Part shown: positions 27,079 through 41,384 of the stretch, piece after piece
How the letters are laid out: each line of letters begins with the position of its first letter
Numbering within the stretch: the first letter of the stretch is position 1
Source: Octopus sinensis
Taxonomy: Eukaryota
DNA: 64,000 nucleotides
Reading direction: 5' to 3'
Assembly: GCF_006345805.1 (NCBI RefSeq)
Contig: NC_043019.1
Coordinates: 15,499,360-15,563,359 of the forward strand
The notes under the pieces: model-generated
What the model was told of the DNA's origin: nothing
The model's input: only the letters and a program-made list of their open reading frames with translations
Databases searched by the model: none
Made by a program: the position numbers and the translations under genes

Positions 27079-27331
27079 CAGTATTTCTCAACCATTTTTT
27101 AGCTACAGACCCCACTGATTCCTATTTTACTTAGATGGACCCTCTTAGTCATTTGATGTTTAAAAAATCCTATTATATTTATATAATTCAATATTATTAG
27201 GAACCATTTAAAAAATTTATTAAAATATTTTGTTTATTGTAGAAGTACAACCAATTCATTGCAATGCAAACTTATATGAACCCCAATTATATGAACGCAA
27301 ATCTTACATGAACCCCAAATGAGAACCACTG
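27079..27331. mobile_element. hAT (Charlie-like) MITE
   Basis: Ends cagtatttctcaacc and gagaaccactg. Same family as 52117-52462, about 32190-32408, 33640-33879 and 52850-52975. Confidence 0.7.
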
Positions 27332-27369
27332 ATCTAAGATATAAAGCAGCAGGAACAGTAGTTATTTGT

Positions 27370-28140
27370 TAATTATATTATTTAGTATGCTAACATCTTA
27401 CAGAGATCAACAGTGAACCCATTCAGTGCATGTTTGAGATTACCTTCTGATGAGCCAAGTAGCACCATATTGTCTGCAAATATCAGCTGACTGATTTTAC
27501 ATCTGATTACGATACCCCTTCCACAACAGCTGTGTATGTCAATCCGGTACATAAAAATTATGAAAAGGAGAGGTGGCAATATGCAGCCCTGTTAAAGTCC
27601 AACACCCACATTGAAAGCACCATTTACCCACATGCAAGCATCTGGGCATTCATTTAGGGACTTCATGGCAACTAAAAGTTATCCATTAATTTCAAACTCC
27701 CGTAAAGTCCTCCACAGAATATCCATTGACCCATGGCCATATGCTTTTCAAAGACTACAAAGCAAGGGCACATCTTAGTAACACTATAGGGTGAATATCT
27801 GGTCAGTTGTGCTGCATCCAGGACAGAAGTGACACTACTCTTCAGCTAACATGGGCTTGACAATTTCCCTACATCTTTTTACCAGACATCCAGCACAGAC
27901 TTTGCTGGGGAGGTTCGACAAGGAAAATATTTTGTAATTAGAGCACTCTTGTGTCTCTTTTTAAGAAATCGGGATTATCACTCCAGATTGCTACTGCTTT
28001 GCTAGTTTTCCAAAGGCATATAGAAGCCAACCAGAAAATACTCCCTCTGTTTAAGGCTTTTAAAATCTTTGATCCAATTTCATCCTTCCCAGCAGTCTTG
28101 TCACATTTGAGTTCAGTGCTTCAACCAGTATGACACATGA
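27370..28140 (-). mobile_element. RTE LINE reverse transcriptase fragment
   Basis: ORF 27382-27579 (PPLLFIIFM..KISQLIFADNMVLLGSSEGNLKHALNGF) corresponds to RT domains 4-5 with FADD decayed to FADN. Confidence 0.85.
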
Positions 28141-30729
28141 TTAGAATGCCACAAGAGAAAGAATTAAGAAAACAGGTTCTTTAAGCCAAGTCAACAAGCA
28201 GGAGACCTAGGGGCAGATGAAGAGTGAGATGGTTGGATAATATCCACAGTCTCAACTACTCATGCTTGGGAATTCAGCAAGTGTAATGAAGGTTGCTTTT
28301 TATAGGACCTGTTGGAGTAGGTGCCTGAGGATTCAGTTCCCATGATACTGCTAGGAATAGATTATGTAGTAAGATGTCTTTCATGACAAGGAACATCAAT
28401 CAGCACTACCATTAATGGCAGGGCAGAGGCATGCTTATGGAGTTAAGGTAGTCACTTTGCAACCACATGGTGCCACATGCAATCCCAGGGTGGTACTTGG
28501 AGCAAATGTCTTCTACCACAATACTGGGCTAAATATTTTGTGGCTGGAATTTGGTAGCTAGAAACTATACAGATGCTTGGTATATGTACTCATGTATGTG
28601 TATCTCTTTGCTGAATTATAATGGCAAGAAAAGAAAAAATAAATAAAAAAGGGTGCTTTACAAAAACCCCATCGTAACTGTTGCTGTCAGAAAAACATTG
28701 ACCAAGTGACTGGCCCGACAGAAAACCGTAACCAATGATTGGTGTTCACAAATTGGGATATAAAATAAACATAAGATAAATAAGATTGGTTGAGAGATAT
28801 GGAAGTACTGACTTCACTGCTGTCAAATAGGGAGAGTGAGCTTTCTTAGAGTGGAACAATTTTATACAAGAACAGATATGAAGCCCAGCACAGGATCTGT
28901 CCTTACACTGTACATGCTGCTGCCATGTCTTGTAGCTGGTTATGTGGTGTACAAGTCTGGGCATATTTGTTTGTTTTTATGATTTTATTATCAGCAAGCG
29001 AAGTAGCAGAGCATTGGACCATAACCTTTCCTGACTTACACGGATTGGTGAGATTGATGTTTATCTTGAATATATTCAGTTTATCTTTTGTTTCAGTCCT
29101 CAGGCTGCAATGCTACCTTGAAGGGTTTAGTTGAACAAATTGACCTAACTACTTATAAGCAAGCACATACACGAATGGCTTCCACACAGTTTCCATCTAC
29201 CAAATTCAGTCACCAAGCATTGGTCAATCCAGGACTATAGAAGACATTTGACCCTTGGGCAAAGTGCTGCACAGAGGGACTGAACGTGAAACCATGTAGT
29301 TGCAAGGCAAGCTTGTTAACCACACAGCCAGGTCTGTTTTAATATAATTAAGAAGAAGGTGCCATGTGGGAAAGCACCAGCCTGGCACCATGAAGAAAAG
29401 CGCACGTCCTGGTGCCATGAAGAAAACACCCAGGATGGCGCCATGTAGAAAAGCATACAGCCATAGAAACCAAGCCAAAACAGACTGAAGCCTGGTGCTG
29501 CCACCATAGGCAGAAACTGAAAGAAACTCATCATGTGTGTGTAAATATATGTCCATGTACTTTCATGTCTATGTCCCCCATCCCATTTGACAACTGGTGT
29601 TGGTGTGTTTACATCCTTGTAACTTAATGTTCAGCAAAAGAGAGTAAGTACTGCTCCAGTATAGCTGCAGTCTAATGATTAAACAAGTAAAAGATAAATA
29701 TACATCTCATTATTTAAAGTTCATGTTCCATCCTGTATCCGGATAACTACAAGGCTTGTGGCACTTGTTGCACCAGACCAATATAAGTACGGAGAATGAA
29801 AATATAGGAGTGGTTCTGTGCAAACCATGCTGCTATAATATTCACCGCACAGATTGTTCAGCTAACATAGACACCAACACTATAATGCTTTCTTCACAAT
29901 TCCAGTGGCAACAGAGAAAGAGGCAATGTGGACATGTAGAAGATGCTACTCGAAGACTTCAGCTTCAACCTTGCACACAGGTGGCCTTAGGGTGATGATA
30001 GTTTTCCATAGATTTGGTGCAGATGGGCAGATGTGGATTTTTATACTGTCTGAAGGATAAGACAAAACATTCCACTAGGAACACTGCAGCTGTATCTTGC
30101 TGAACCTTCATTCACAGTGACAACAAAGTCCAACAAAAATCATCACCATCATTTAACATCCATTTTCCATACTGACATGGTTTTTACAGTTGGATACCCT
30201 TGCTAGTGCCAACCACAGTATATTTTATATATATACACACAGGCCTGGCTGTGTGCTAAGAAGCTTGCTTCCCAACCACATGGTACATTGGGCAAGGGTA
30301 TTCTATTATAGCCTCAGGAAGACCAAAGCCTTGTGAGCGGATTTGGTAGATGGAAACTGGAAGATGCCTGTTGTATGTGCATGTGTGTATTTGTGTTTGT
30401 CCCCCCACCATCACTCGACAACTGATGCTGGTGCGTTTAGATCCCTGTAACTTAGTTTTTCAGCAAAAGAGACCGATAGAATAAGTAGTAGGCTTACAAA
30501 GAATAAGTCTTTAAGGCAGTGCTCCATGGCTGCAATCAAATGACTGAAACAATATATATATATATAGAAGTTTTGCAAACAACTTGCACATGCAAGTGCT
30601 ACCAGTCGAAAGCTCCACATACCGGAAACCACCAAATGTATGGGCTCATCAGGAGAGAATGTGCATGGTTTCAGGGCCTACTTCTCAATGGCATCATTGT
30701 GCACGCCCCCCCCCCCCCTCGCCCTTACT

Positions 30730-31330
30730 GATATGAGGCCCTGCTTGCTAGATCAACTGGTAGTCAAAAGTAGCTCAATATTCTTCTAGCCATCACTCAT
30801 TGTCTCTTTTTAACCAAATCCAGTGGCTAACCTTTCCCACTGTAGTTTGGATAACGGTCACGGTGTTATTTACTTTACGATGAGTTAGGCCTAAAGGTAA
30901 CTGTTGCTTCACACCGTGTTCAACGAATCCTCTACATCAGACTTTGATCGGAAAATGCTCTGCTTCCCAGCTGGCATCTTCACATTCCTCATGGAGACTT
31001 ACATAACAGTCAATCTTTCAAGCCTGAGCAGCGTCCATGTTATCTTCATGAGGAGCCGTTAACTTGACTAGATTCACCACTTTCTTTCACACCACATAAT
31101 ATCTGGTATTTTCCTAACTGGGATGACAAAGAATCCTTGGCACCCTGTTAAATCTGCAGCCAACTCCGAATAGCCGTTGCACTTTTCATCGCTCACAGGA
31201 AGTTTCTTCTTGAAATGGATCTGCTATCCTAAGCGCACAAATGTAATGAAATCATTGGTTGGTTCTTTCAATAATTTTCCCACTGTCGACGAGAGCAATT
31301 TAGTTCTTTATAGCATTGAAGGTAACCTTA
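30730..31330 (-). mobile_element. Degenerate RTE LINE RT fragment
   Basis: Minus-strand remnant RFNRVPR matches the KAFDRVPR motif. Many frameshifts. Confidence 0.5.
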
Positions 31331-34300
31331 AGGACCAGGTTGTGTCTCCATGTATATCTATTTAATGCTAGTGAACAGTTGGAAAGAATATGTATGTATG
31401 GCATTAGGAAGGGCATCCTGCCCTAGATACCATGCCAAAACAGACACTGGAGTATAATGCAGTCTTTGGGACCTATAGGATCCAGTCAAACTGTGCAACC
31501 CATGCCAGCATGGAACATGAACATTATATGATGATATATGTGAGTATGTGTATATATTTGTGTCTTCTTGTCTTGACAAAACATGATAGTTGTAAATGAG
31601 TGTCACTCATACAAGCAGCAGCCTCCATTTCCAGAAGTCTGTGAAAACATTTTTGGCCATGGGAGAAATATTACCACATTTGAAAATGGAAGCGGGTTGG
31701 TGACAAGAGAAGCATCCATCTATAGAGAATCTTAAATTCAATTAGAATCATTCAAGCACGGAAAAGTTAATATTAAAAACAACGAGGACGTTGATGTATT
31801 TTATGACATCAAGAAGAAACTTGACCTACTCCCACACTGGTATGTAATGACACCCGCACCACCACGCTATATGTATGAAGGGGGTAAATGTAGGCCAGTA
31901 TTTGCGTCATCGGCTCATTACTAATTTTCAGAGGAGTGTCGACTATGATTGCTTTCCGTCAGAGTTTACTCATTTTCATACTGTCCCGTCTCTGGCTCTT
32001 TGATCCAAAACTACCTTACATTGTAATATTATCCAATCACTTATGTTTCAAACACCAGCTTCATATTACAATATGTGACACAAATTGTTTTACTCAACCT
32101 CTTCAAATTTCTTTTCAAATTAAAATTTAACCAAAAACACAGATATTGTTATTTCATAAGAAATATAGTTATAAAGGGGTTAGATTGGGGATTCCCAACC
32201 GATTTTTGCCTTTGGATTCCCTTTGATTTATATTTTACTCTACTGGACCCATGCAGTGTATAAAAAAAATCCTATTATATTCTTATAATTAAATATCATT
32301 AGAAATTGTAAGAAAAGTTCATTAAAATATTTTGTGTATTGTAGAAACACAACCAAAATCTTATATGGACCTCCAAGGGTTACGTATGCCCCAACTGAGA
32401 ACCAGTGGGTTAGGTGAGGGGGTCTGTAAAGGAGATATTCAGAACTAGTTGTCTACATAAACATGTACTTGAAGGTATAGTCTCATTTAAAAGGGAGTGA
32501 GTTTCTGAATGCTGGATAACTGTCAAAGATCCTTGTAGTAAGATAGGAAGGTGACAACTGAAAGAACTTTTCTTTCACTCGCTGAGTCTGGAGGGAAGGG
32601 GCTGTGCAGTACCTTTGTAGATCCTCCAAGGCTGGTGTGTTTGAAAGCATTTGCTGAGGTTTTGTTTAATCTTTTAGGATTCAGATTACTTTGTCAAATG
32701 TATTGCTTAATTATTCACATTGTTTTGAATTAATCATGCACAACCTAGCAGCTTTGAGATTTCAATGATGGGATTGCTTATTTTTAGAATGACAGTGTAG
32801 AGTAGGTATGAGAGGCTGGATCTGGCTGGTTTGAACATAAAACAGGTAGAACATCTGGGCCAAATACAGCTGGTTTAAGTGCCAAACGGTTAAATTGTTG
32901 CATGTCAACACAAAACCAACCCTGATTGAAAAAACCTAAAATGAAAGGCATTTGCTACAGGTGTTGACCAGCAACAGTTTAAATAGAATATTAACAGCAA
33001 CAACCTCATCAGTTTCAGATGATCTACAAAGGGTCTGGGCACTGCCCTTTCCCCACAAACTCAGCAACTATAAATTTTTTTTAAAAATCCAGTCGTGACC
33101 ATTCTGTTATTGGACATATCTCTGACTAGGTTATCCTGTACTGCCTTTGAAATGAAACCCAGTATCTTCAGGCATATGCTTGTGTGACAATAACATGCAC
33201 GAAGCAGTGGCTTTCAACAAGCACTGCAGTAACTGGTTTCACTCACCAAAGTTACGATGAGTTTACAACTTACAAGAGTTGTCTGTTTGGTGATCCTAGA
33301 CAAGTTATTTACTTTAATAGAGTTTAGCTAAAAATATGTACATGTGGGCCAATCCTGCTTCTTACAGAGGAATAAGGGCCAAATTCATTACACAATTCCT
33401 TCAAAAATTTTACTGCAAGCAGCCAGAATTATTTACAAAGATGACCTCAAAGTATTTCATCAGATAGTTACTCATAAAAAAAAAGAAATGATCAATTTCT
33501 CTATTTTGAGGACTAGCTGAATACCATCATATGGTCTATTCAGTTACAAGCATTTAGGCGAAGTCTCCAGACTGAAAATGACTTCCTCAAAACCAGTCTT
33601 GGAGACCCTAGAAATATTGGAGGTTGCTGCTCTTTTTACTCAGTGGACTAAGTCTATTTTTGATTCCTATTTTACTCAGGTTGGCATACACATCCCATAG
33701 CCATTTGATGTTTAAACAAAAAATCCTATTTTTTTATACAGTTAAATATTATTAAAATGCCTAAAAAAATTGTTGTTGTGTATTGTAGAAGACTAACCAA
33801 TTTATTGATCATAAATTTTAACAAAATCTTATATGGACTGTCAAGGATCCTATGGATGGATCCTGGTTGAGAAGCACTGCTCCAAGTCAGAGAAAAATTA
33901 ACATTGAAAACTTGATCAACATATTTTTAAACAAGTGCCGTGGCCCCGTAGTTGAGACAACTCTGCTTGGCTTCAGTTGGACTGTCAATAGTTGTTTCCA
34001 CACTTAACTTCACAAATGAATGGTTAGCAAGAAGGGTAGCCAGCTGCAAAAGCAATTACTGCAACATCAACAACAAACTCCCACCACCACCACTTCACTC
34101 AAGCTAACATGGAATATGAGAATATATGTAATCTGGTTCACAAGAAACATAGCTTCATAGCTTTGGTGAGATATTTAATTGAAGACTCCACACGAAAACT
34201 ATCTTCGGTGTTATATGTACATTATATATATATATACACACACACACAAAGCTTGGTTTAAATTCTTCTACTGGCCTCAGTCAGGCTGAGGCACCGCCTT

Positions 34301-36903
34301 CTTGGTAGGCGAAGGATATTGTTTGATTATATGCATTAAATTCACCCCAGAAAGATAAAAGGAAGATTAAGTGAACCTGTAGGGCTTAATCACAGCAAAT
34401 GCTTCACGTATCCTGTTCAATCTATTTACAATTGCAATTAAACACCAATCAATCGTTGGATGTTATTTGAAAATGAGGAAAATAAAATGCAAATGGGGAG
34501 ACAGAAAAATAATTGATAGCGTTTTTATAGTTTGGAGAAAAATTTAAATAGCACCACAGATCACGTACATACACACTTGAAAAATCTCAACTTTTCACTA
34601 TTCTACTCTCGTCTATAGATTTTATAAAAAGCAGTAGCGGTAAACTTCAGCATTTTTCAAATATTATATATTATTTTTCAAACAATAATATAAAAACTGG
34701 GTCTTTTTATCATCATTAAAAAAAAAAAAAGACAATAGGATGGGTCATTATTCCACCAGTAGGATTGGTCCCAGAGTATGTAGGGACGGAAGGATCCGAG
34801 GTGGGGAGGGGAGTAGCTAGATGATAGCTGGCAATTAAATAGACGGAATCAGAACATACATGATTAAACGAAAGGAATGGGTTAATCCTTCCAGCTTGCC
34901 TTCCGAAATGGGCAAGGCAGAGACTGTATCAAGTTTGGATGGAGATGAAAGTCCCTCCATAGAAGTTTTTTGGCAAACTGTATATAGAAACACATTTTTG
35001 GCATCTAATTAATTTACAATGTCTGAAAGATTAGCAGAACGGTGGTGGTGATAATGGAAAGCACATAAACCCAAGTCACGTTTGCCATGTAAATAGAAAG
35101 ATTTGCATTCTTAATAATGGTTACTAGTCGTGGTGCTACTACTACCAGAGAAATTATGTAAAGAAGGCTTCCGGTAACATATGTGTATGTGTGTGTAGCA
35201 CTCACATGAACACTGTGTGTATGTATGTATGTATGTATGTATATATAAAGCACTCCTATACCACTAGAGCCGTTCATTTTTATTTTTGCTAGACTTAGTT
35301 TCTGGAGTTAAGAATCTACGTAGATTCAATAAAAAAGAATGCAGTATTTCAGAGCAAGACAAAAAATTAAATGAAAATCAACAGTATGAACCATAGTAAT
35401 ATAAACACTACTACGACTACTACTACTACTACTACTAATAATAATAATACAGCTGAGGCCTTATTTTTCGAAGTCGTAACCAAAATTGCCTCAAATGGTA
35501 TCAGTTATTTATCTAGCGGAAGTTAATATGTCCTAGAAAGTAGGATAGACGACTAAAAATTCCAGTCATCAGACGAGTGAACAGAGAGAAGAGAAGGGGG
35601 GGAAAAAAACTGTGGAGCAAGACGAGAGAGTGGGCGAGAGGAAATGTAAGAGGAAAAAGACGACCACCAGTGAAAAGTGTGGCCCATAAAACTATCGTCG
35701 AATTCAGCAGCAGAAAAACTGTAGATTTTATAAATTAAGAGCGAAAAGAAAACCTAAACCCTTTTAGATATCGCCTATCCGAATTATTTTGTTAATTATT
35801 ATTTCAATGTCATAAAATATGTGGAACTCCACTCCAAAGAAATAACTATAATAGGCGTGGACACGCACACACACATTATTATACATATATATTTGTGTGT
35901 GTGTATGTATATGTATGTATAATGTGTGTGTGTAAATAAATAAATATATATATACATGTATATATAAACATACACGCATTCTTATACATGATATTTATAT
36001 GGATATAATAAATGCGAGTGCGCCTGTAAGTAGTTTGTGTGTAGATGAGGTGTTTTGAAAGACATCAAATTATAGTAAATTGAGTGACTGTTTTAATTGT
36101 AATTGAGTAAGAGAAAAACAAAATAAAATAAATAAAAATTATAAACCCGCTGAATAAATAGTCGGTCCGTGACTGAAAGAGATTTTTTTTAAATGAAAGG
36201 AAAGTAATGACAGTAGGAAAAGGCTTGAGAAGTTTTACGGGATTAGATCAAAATGGGTTGGCACAGAAGTTTGTCACCGAAATAGTCAACTATAATTAAA
36301 TTATAATTATCTAGATACACTGAGATTTCAATAATAAAAAATAAATAATAATAAATAGGTCAATTTTAAAGAGTCTTCTAAAACCGAATAAATTTTTGTT
36401 TGAAAAAAACTCTAAAATGACAAGTAATTGATCGTAACAGGTTTTATAATCTTTTCACAGAGTTTAGCTTCTTAAAAAAGTTGTGACTGACGAGTGTATT
36501 GTATTGTAAGTGATGGTAGGAAGTTGGTAATAATTAGTAGAGCGTTGGGGGAGGTTAACGATGGGGAAAACTTCTGAAGTGATCCTTGTAATTCTTAAGA
36601 AACCAGAGCAGATTTCTCGGCTACGTCGCCTGAGAAAAATTGCTAATTTGTCTTTTTAAATAAAATAACATCAAACATAATAATGATTACATTGAAGACA
36701 AGACACTGTGGAATTTCTGTTGATAGTTTTTAGTGTATGAGCTCACTGGGATCTTATAATAAATTGGTGTTTTTGGCTGGGAGGAGAAGAGGGGAAAAAA
36801 AGCGTTTTTGAAGAGATTCGGCAACGAACGTGTGTTGTAGGAGTGTTAAGTAAAAAGTGAAGGATAAAGCTGGATAAGTTTGAGAATTTAGGACATTACA
36901 TAC

Positions 36904-36938
36904 CCATCACCAACAACCACACATTTGATTGCTTGCAT
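36904..36938 (-). CDS. Rac1: Rac1 small GTPase, coding exon 1 (MQAIKCVVVGDG, 35 nt)
   Basis: Reverse complement reads ATG CAA GCA ATC AAA TGT GTG GTT GTT GGT GAT GG followed by the donor gtatgt. This is the canonical Rac N-terminus, with the same 35-nt phase-2 exon as vertebrate RAC1. Confidence 0.97.
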
Positions 36939-37455
<517 letters not shown>

Positions 37456-39979
37456 TAAATGTTTATTTAGCATAATTACCTAACGACCAAACATTCTTTT
37501 GTTTTTATTTCGTTCCTTCGCTCCGGTCAAGTACATACCTTGATGTTTTCTTTCTAGCAGACGGATATTTCTTTAAAGACGCATCACATATATACAAACT
37601 TGAAAACAAAAGAACAATATAGAAGAAAATGCAAACATATATTCTATAAATACGCTCATTTCTTTTATGTGTATAAATATTCTGTTGTCACGTGAAAATC
37701 TTCAAACTTCAAATAGGCCAGGGAACCTACCTGTCATCTTACACACGTGTCCTTCGCGATGGGTGACATATTAACAACTCGCCCACTCTCCACCAAAACA
37801 GGTAGTAACACCATTATCTACCTGTCTAGACAACATCTTATTGAATCCCGTTACTTTCATTTCAAAGTAAACAATCCTTCAATTCTGTATGGAACTCTGG
37901 ATATGTTTACCTGTAGAAATTATTAGGCTGTCTTGCCAGACGTAAAGAAATCGCTATATAATATTCCCAGTCCCCTACGCCAGTTATGATAGGTTAACCA
38001 TACCTGTAAAAACCAATAAATGTTTTTTATTACCATGGAATTTAACAATGCTTACAAGTTTATTCAATGAATGATGCTGCTAGGCCCGACTCCCATCTTC
38101 GCTACACCTATAACAGGTAGCTATGAAGATGCATCTACTTACCTAGATTGACAATATGAAGATTTGAAATAAGATAACGGGACTCTTGAATATAACCCGG
38201 GCGAAAGTAAAGAATACGCCCAACACCCTTTTCCGGCGGTTAGAGTTAGGGTTACGCCGGAAAAACGGGATGGTGTGCGTATTCTTTACCTCCACCTGAA
38301 CCCGTTCATGCATGCAATGGAATTGCAACTCGGTTGTGAGAGCGTCGGAGAAAATGCTTCAGGTTATTTTTCCCGGTTCTTTTACGCTCCGACTTCAAAC
38401 TCCGCCGAAATCAACTTCGCCTTTCATCCTCCTGGGGGCGATAAGATAAAGTACTAGTCAAATACTTGGGTCATTGCTATCGACTAACATCCTCCCCTGA
38501 AAAATGCAGGGGTTATACCTTAATTAGAAATATTTATTTGTCCCCCCACCCCTAACAAGGAATCTGCTTGTCCAAACCATAATCTAGAAGAAGGGCCATT
38601 ATGGAATATAAAGTTGATGGTAAAATCCTGAACAAAATTTTTTTTATTTGCATTTTCTATAAAATTTTAATTTAATCAGTAATGGGACAACTTATAATTG
38701 ATAAATTAACCCATTTATTTGACTGGCATTTTATTAAATCAACGCTCGGATGAAAAGGTAAAGTTGACTTCATCAGAATTTGTACTGAGGAAGTTGAGGG
38801 GAATGGCTAAATGGTGAAAAGCATTTCGTTTGGTTCTGTCACACCACTGTCCATTAATATTTATAATTTCTAACACAGGCACAGTGCCACAAATATGGAG
38901 TGAGGGGTGTTAGACAATTAATATAGACCCATTCTATATGGTTGGTACTTTAGCCTTTTAGTGTTTAAACTGGCCTTACCCGACCACAATATTCCATCTG
39001 TTTTATGTTCAAACTGGCAAGATCCAACCTCTTGCACCTACCCTACAATGTCATTCTAAGAATAAACAGTCATATAACTGAAATCTCAAAGCTACAAGAT
39101 AATGCATGATTAATTCAAATTAATATGAATAAATGAGTATTACATTTGACTGAGGAATCTAAATGCTAAAGCATTTATAAACCTGCAAGGATGGAAAGCA
39201 AAGTTGATGTCAGCAGGACTTGAACTCAGAACATAAAGGAAGGTAACCAAATAATGAAACTCATTTTTGTTTTGATGCATCATTGATTCTTGAGAGTGAG
39301 ATCTTGTTTCTATTGTAAAGTTGTTTTTTTTTATAAGGATCTGATTCAGAGTTTGATATAAATTCACATTATTAAAATTAAAATCAAGATAGACTAGTCC
39401 AAGTATTGCACTTATGGATCCTTAAAAAAATGGTGCTGGTGGTATGTAAAAAGCACCCAGTACACTCTGTAAAGTGGTTGCTGTTAGGAAGAGCATCCAG
39501 CTGTAGAAACCATGTGAAAACAACGAAACCTGGTACAGCTCCTATCAAACCATCCAAACCATACCAATAGATGTTAAATGATGAAGACGATGATATAAGA
39601 CATGTTATTACCAATGGGTGAGTTTGTTTATGAAAGCTTGACTGTGCTAGCAATAATACCCCACTAGCATCATCATCATCAACATTGTGCCATGCTTTCC
39701 CATTCTTCCATAGGTTAGACAGGTCTTCTGCAACACTATCTTACCACTCATGGTCTCCTTTGTGAGACTCAGCATCCTATGATCCCCTTTGACCACTTCT
39801 TTTCACGTCTGCCTCCACCTAAGCCTTCCTCTTCCATAGATTCCTTCCTCTTTGGTTGCTTGCTACAACTTCTCCCTCATATACATCAGGTATCCATATC
39901 AGCTCAGTCTCCTGTCCTCCACATTACATCTGATCAATAGCAAAGCATGAGTATGTTGACCACATAGGGTGGCCACTTA

Positions 39980-41189
39980 TTTTAGATTGGCCAAAAAGTT
40001 TGTTTACTTTTTTAAGGGAAAATAAGACACAAATTTTTAAACATGAAGCAATTCATTCAATCAAAAATATAATTGCCGTTTAATTTCAGTATTTTCTGCC
40101 ATTTTGTGGGCAGATCTATTATTCCCTGCTCGAAGAGTCTCCTGTATTTACTGGCAAAGAACTCTTCCAGGTGAGTTTTTACATCCTCTTCAGAGCTGAA
40201 GGTTTACCCTTCAGTGAATTTTAAAGGAACTGAAACAGGTGGAAATCTGAAGGCACATGGTTGGGCAAATACAGAGGATGGAGCAAAACTTCCCAGCCAA
40301 TAACTTCTGCTGTGTCTGCAAAGAAGTGTGCAATCTGGCATTGTCATGATGAAAGATGACTCCCTTATGATTAGCAAGTTCTGGATTCCTCTGGAGGGTT
40401 GCTGCATTTCATTCATCCAGCTGGTCACAGTACACATCCAAATTGATGAAGCTGTTTGTAAGAAGAAGCTCATAAAAGATAACATGTTTCCAATCCCATC
40501 AAATTGAAAGCATAACCTTCTTTAGGTGAAATCCTGCTTTGGAGGTTGTTTGTGGTGGTTTGTCACACTTCCCCCATGACCATTTGCATTTTACATTGTT
40601 ATAGACAATCCAGTTTTCATCCACTATCACTGTTCTCTTCAAAAAAGAGTAGTTTTCTTCACGTATCTGCAGCAAATTGCAAATGGACATTCGATGGATC
40701 ATGTTCTCCTCATTCAATTAATGTGGAACCCAAACATCGAGCTTGATATTTTCAACACTCAATTTGGATATTTGTAGACCATCTGTGATCATACTGGTCA
40801 TATAATGGAAGTTGGTCTTGATTACTTCACTTTGTCACCATTGATCTCAGCTGACCAGCCAGAGTGAGTTATATCTTAAACAGCAGAATTTCCTAATTGC
40901 AATCTTGAAATCCACTTCTGAAACCCATGTTCCACAACAGCATCCTCTCCATACACAGCACATATCTTGCTACAATTTTTACTCTGCTTTCTTGCCTTTT
41001 TTAAAATAAAAATAGCATGATGTGTCAATAATGTTTGTTTTGATTCTCCATTTTCCGGGTAATTAAAAACGCATAAAACACAACTGGTCTTGTCGCAAAT
41101 TTTAGTTGAACTATGTTAGTATGTCAGATATCTTACAATTACGCATGCACAAAGGGAAAAAGCAAACAAACCTTTTGGCCAACCCAATC
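39980..41189 (-). mobile_element. Near full-length (about 1.2 kb) degenerate mariner element
   Basis: Degenerate TIRs ..TTGGCCAAAA(A/G)GTTTGTTT with TA on both flanks. Minus-strand peptides include VIVDENWIVYNNVKCKWSW and GWEVLLHPLYLPNHVPSDFHLF. Frame is broken. Confidence 0.9.
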
Positions 41190-41384
41190 TATATATCTGC
41201 TGTTGTCAAAAGTATTTTGTGTTTAAGAAAGAAGGTGGCTAATATGGCTACAGCACAAGGTGACTGAAACCCAGGTTATGCCACATGTGATTCTACTTTT
41301 ACCATTTTAAATTACAAATAAATTGAGAATATAATTTCTGAATCTCTATTGCATATGTGAGATGCTACGACATACAAATAGGGA

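Noticed and set aside
37545-37625. Acceptor-like gttttctttctagcag shortly after WDR13 exon 1
   Set aside because: The in-phase translation (HGYFFKDASHIYKLENKRTI-stop) is not WDR13-like and no good donor follows.
38239-38254. Interstitial telomeric repeat
   Set aside because: Only one perfect TTAGGG plus one variant. It is treated as part of the palindrome and not as a telomere array.
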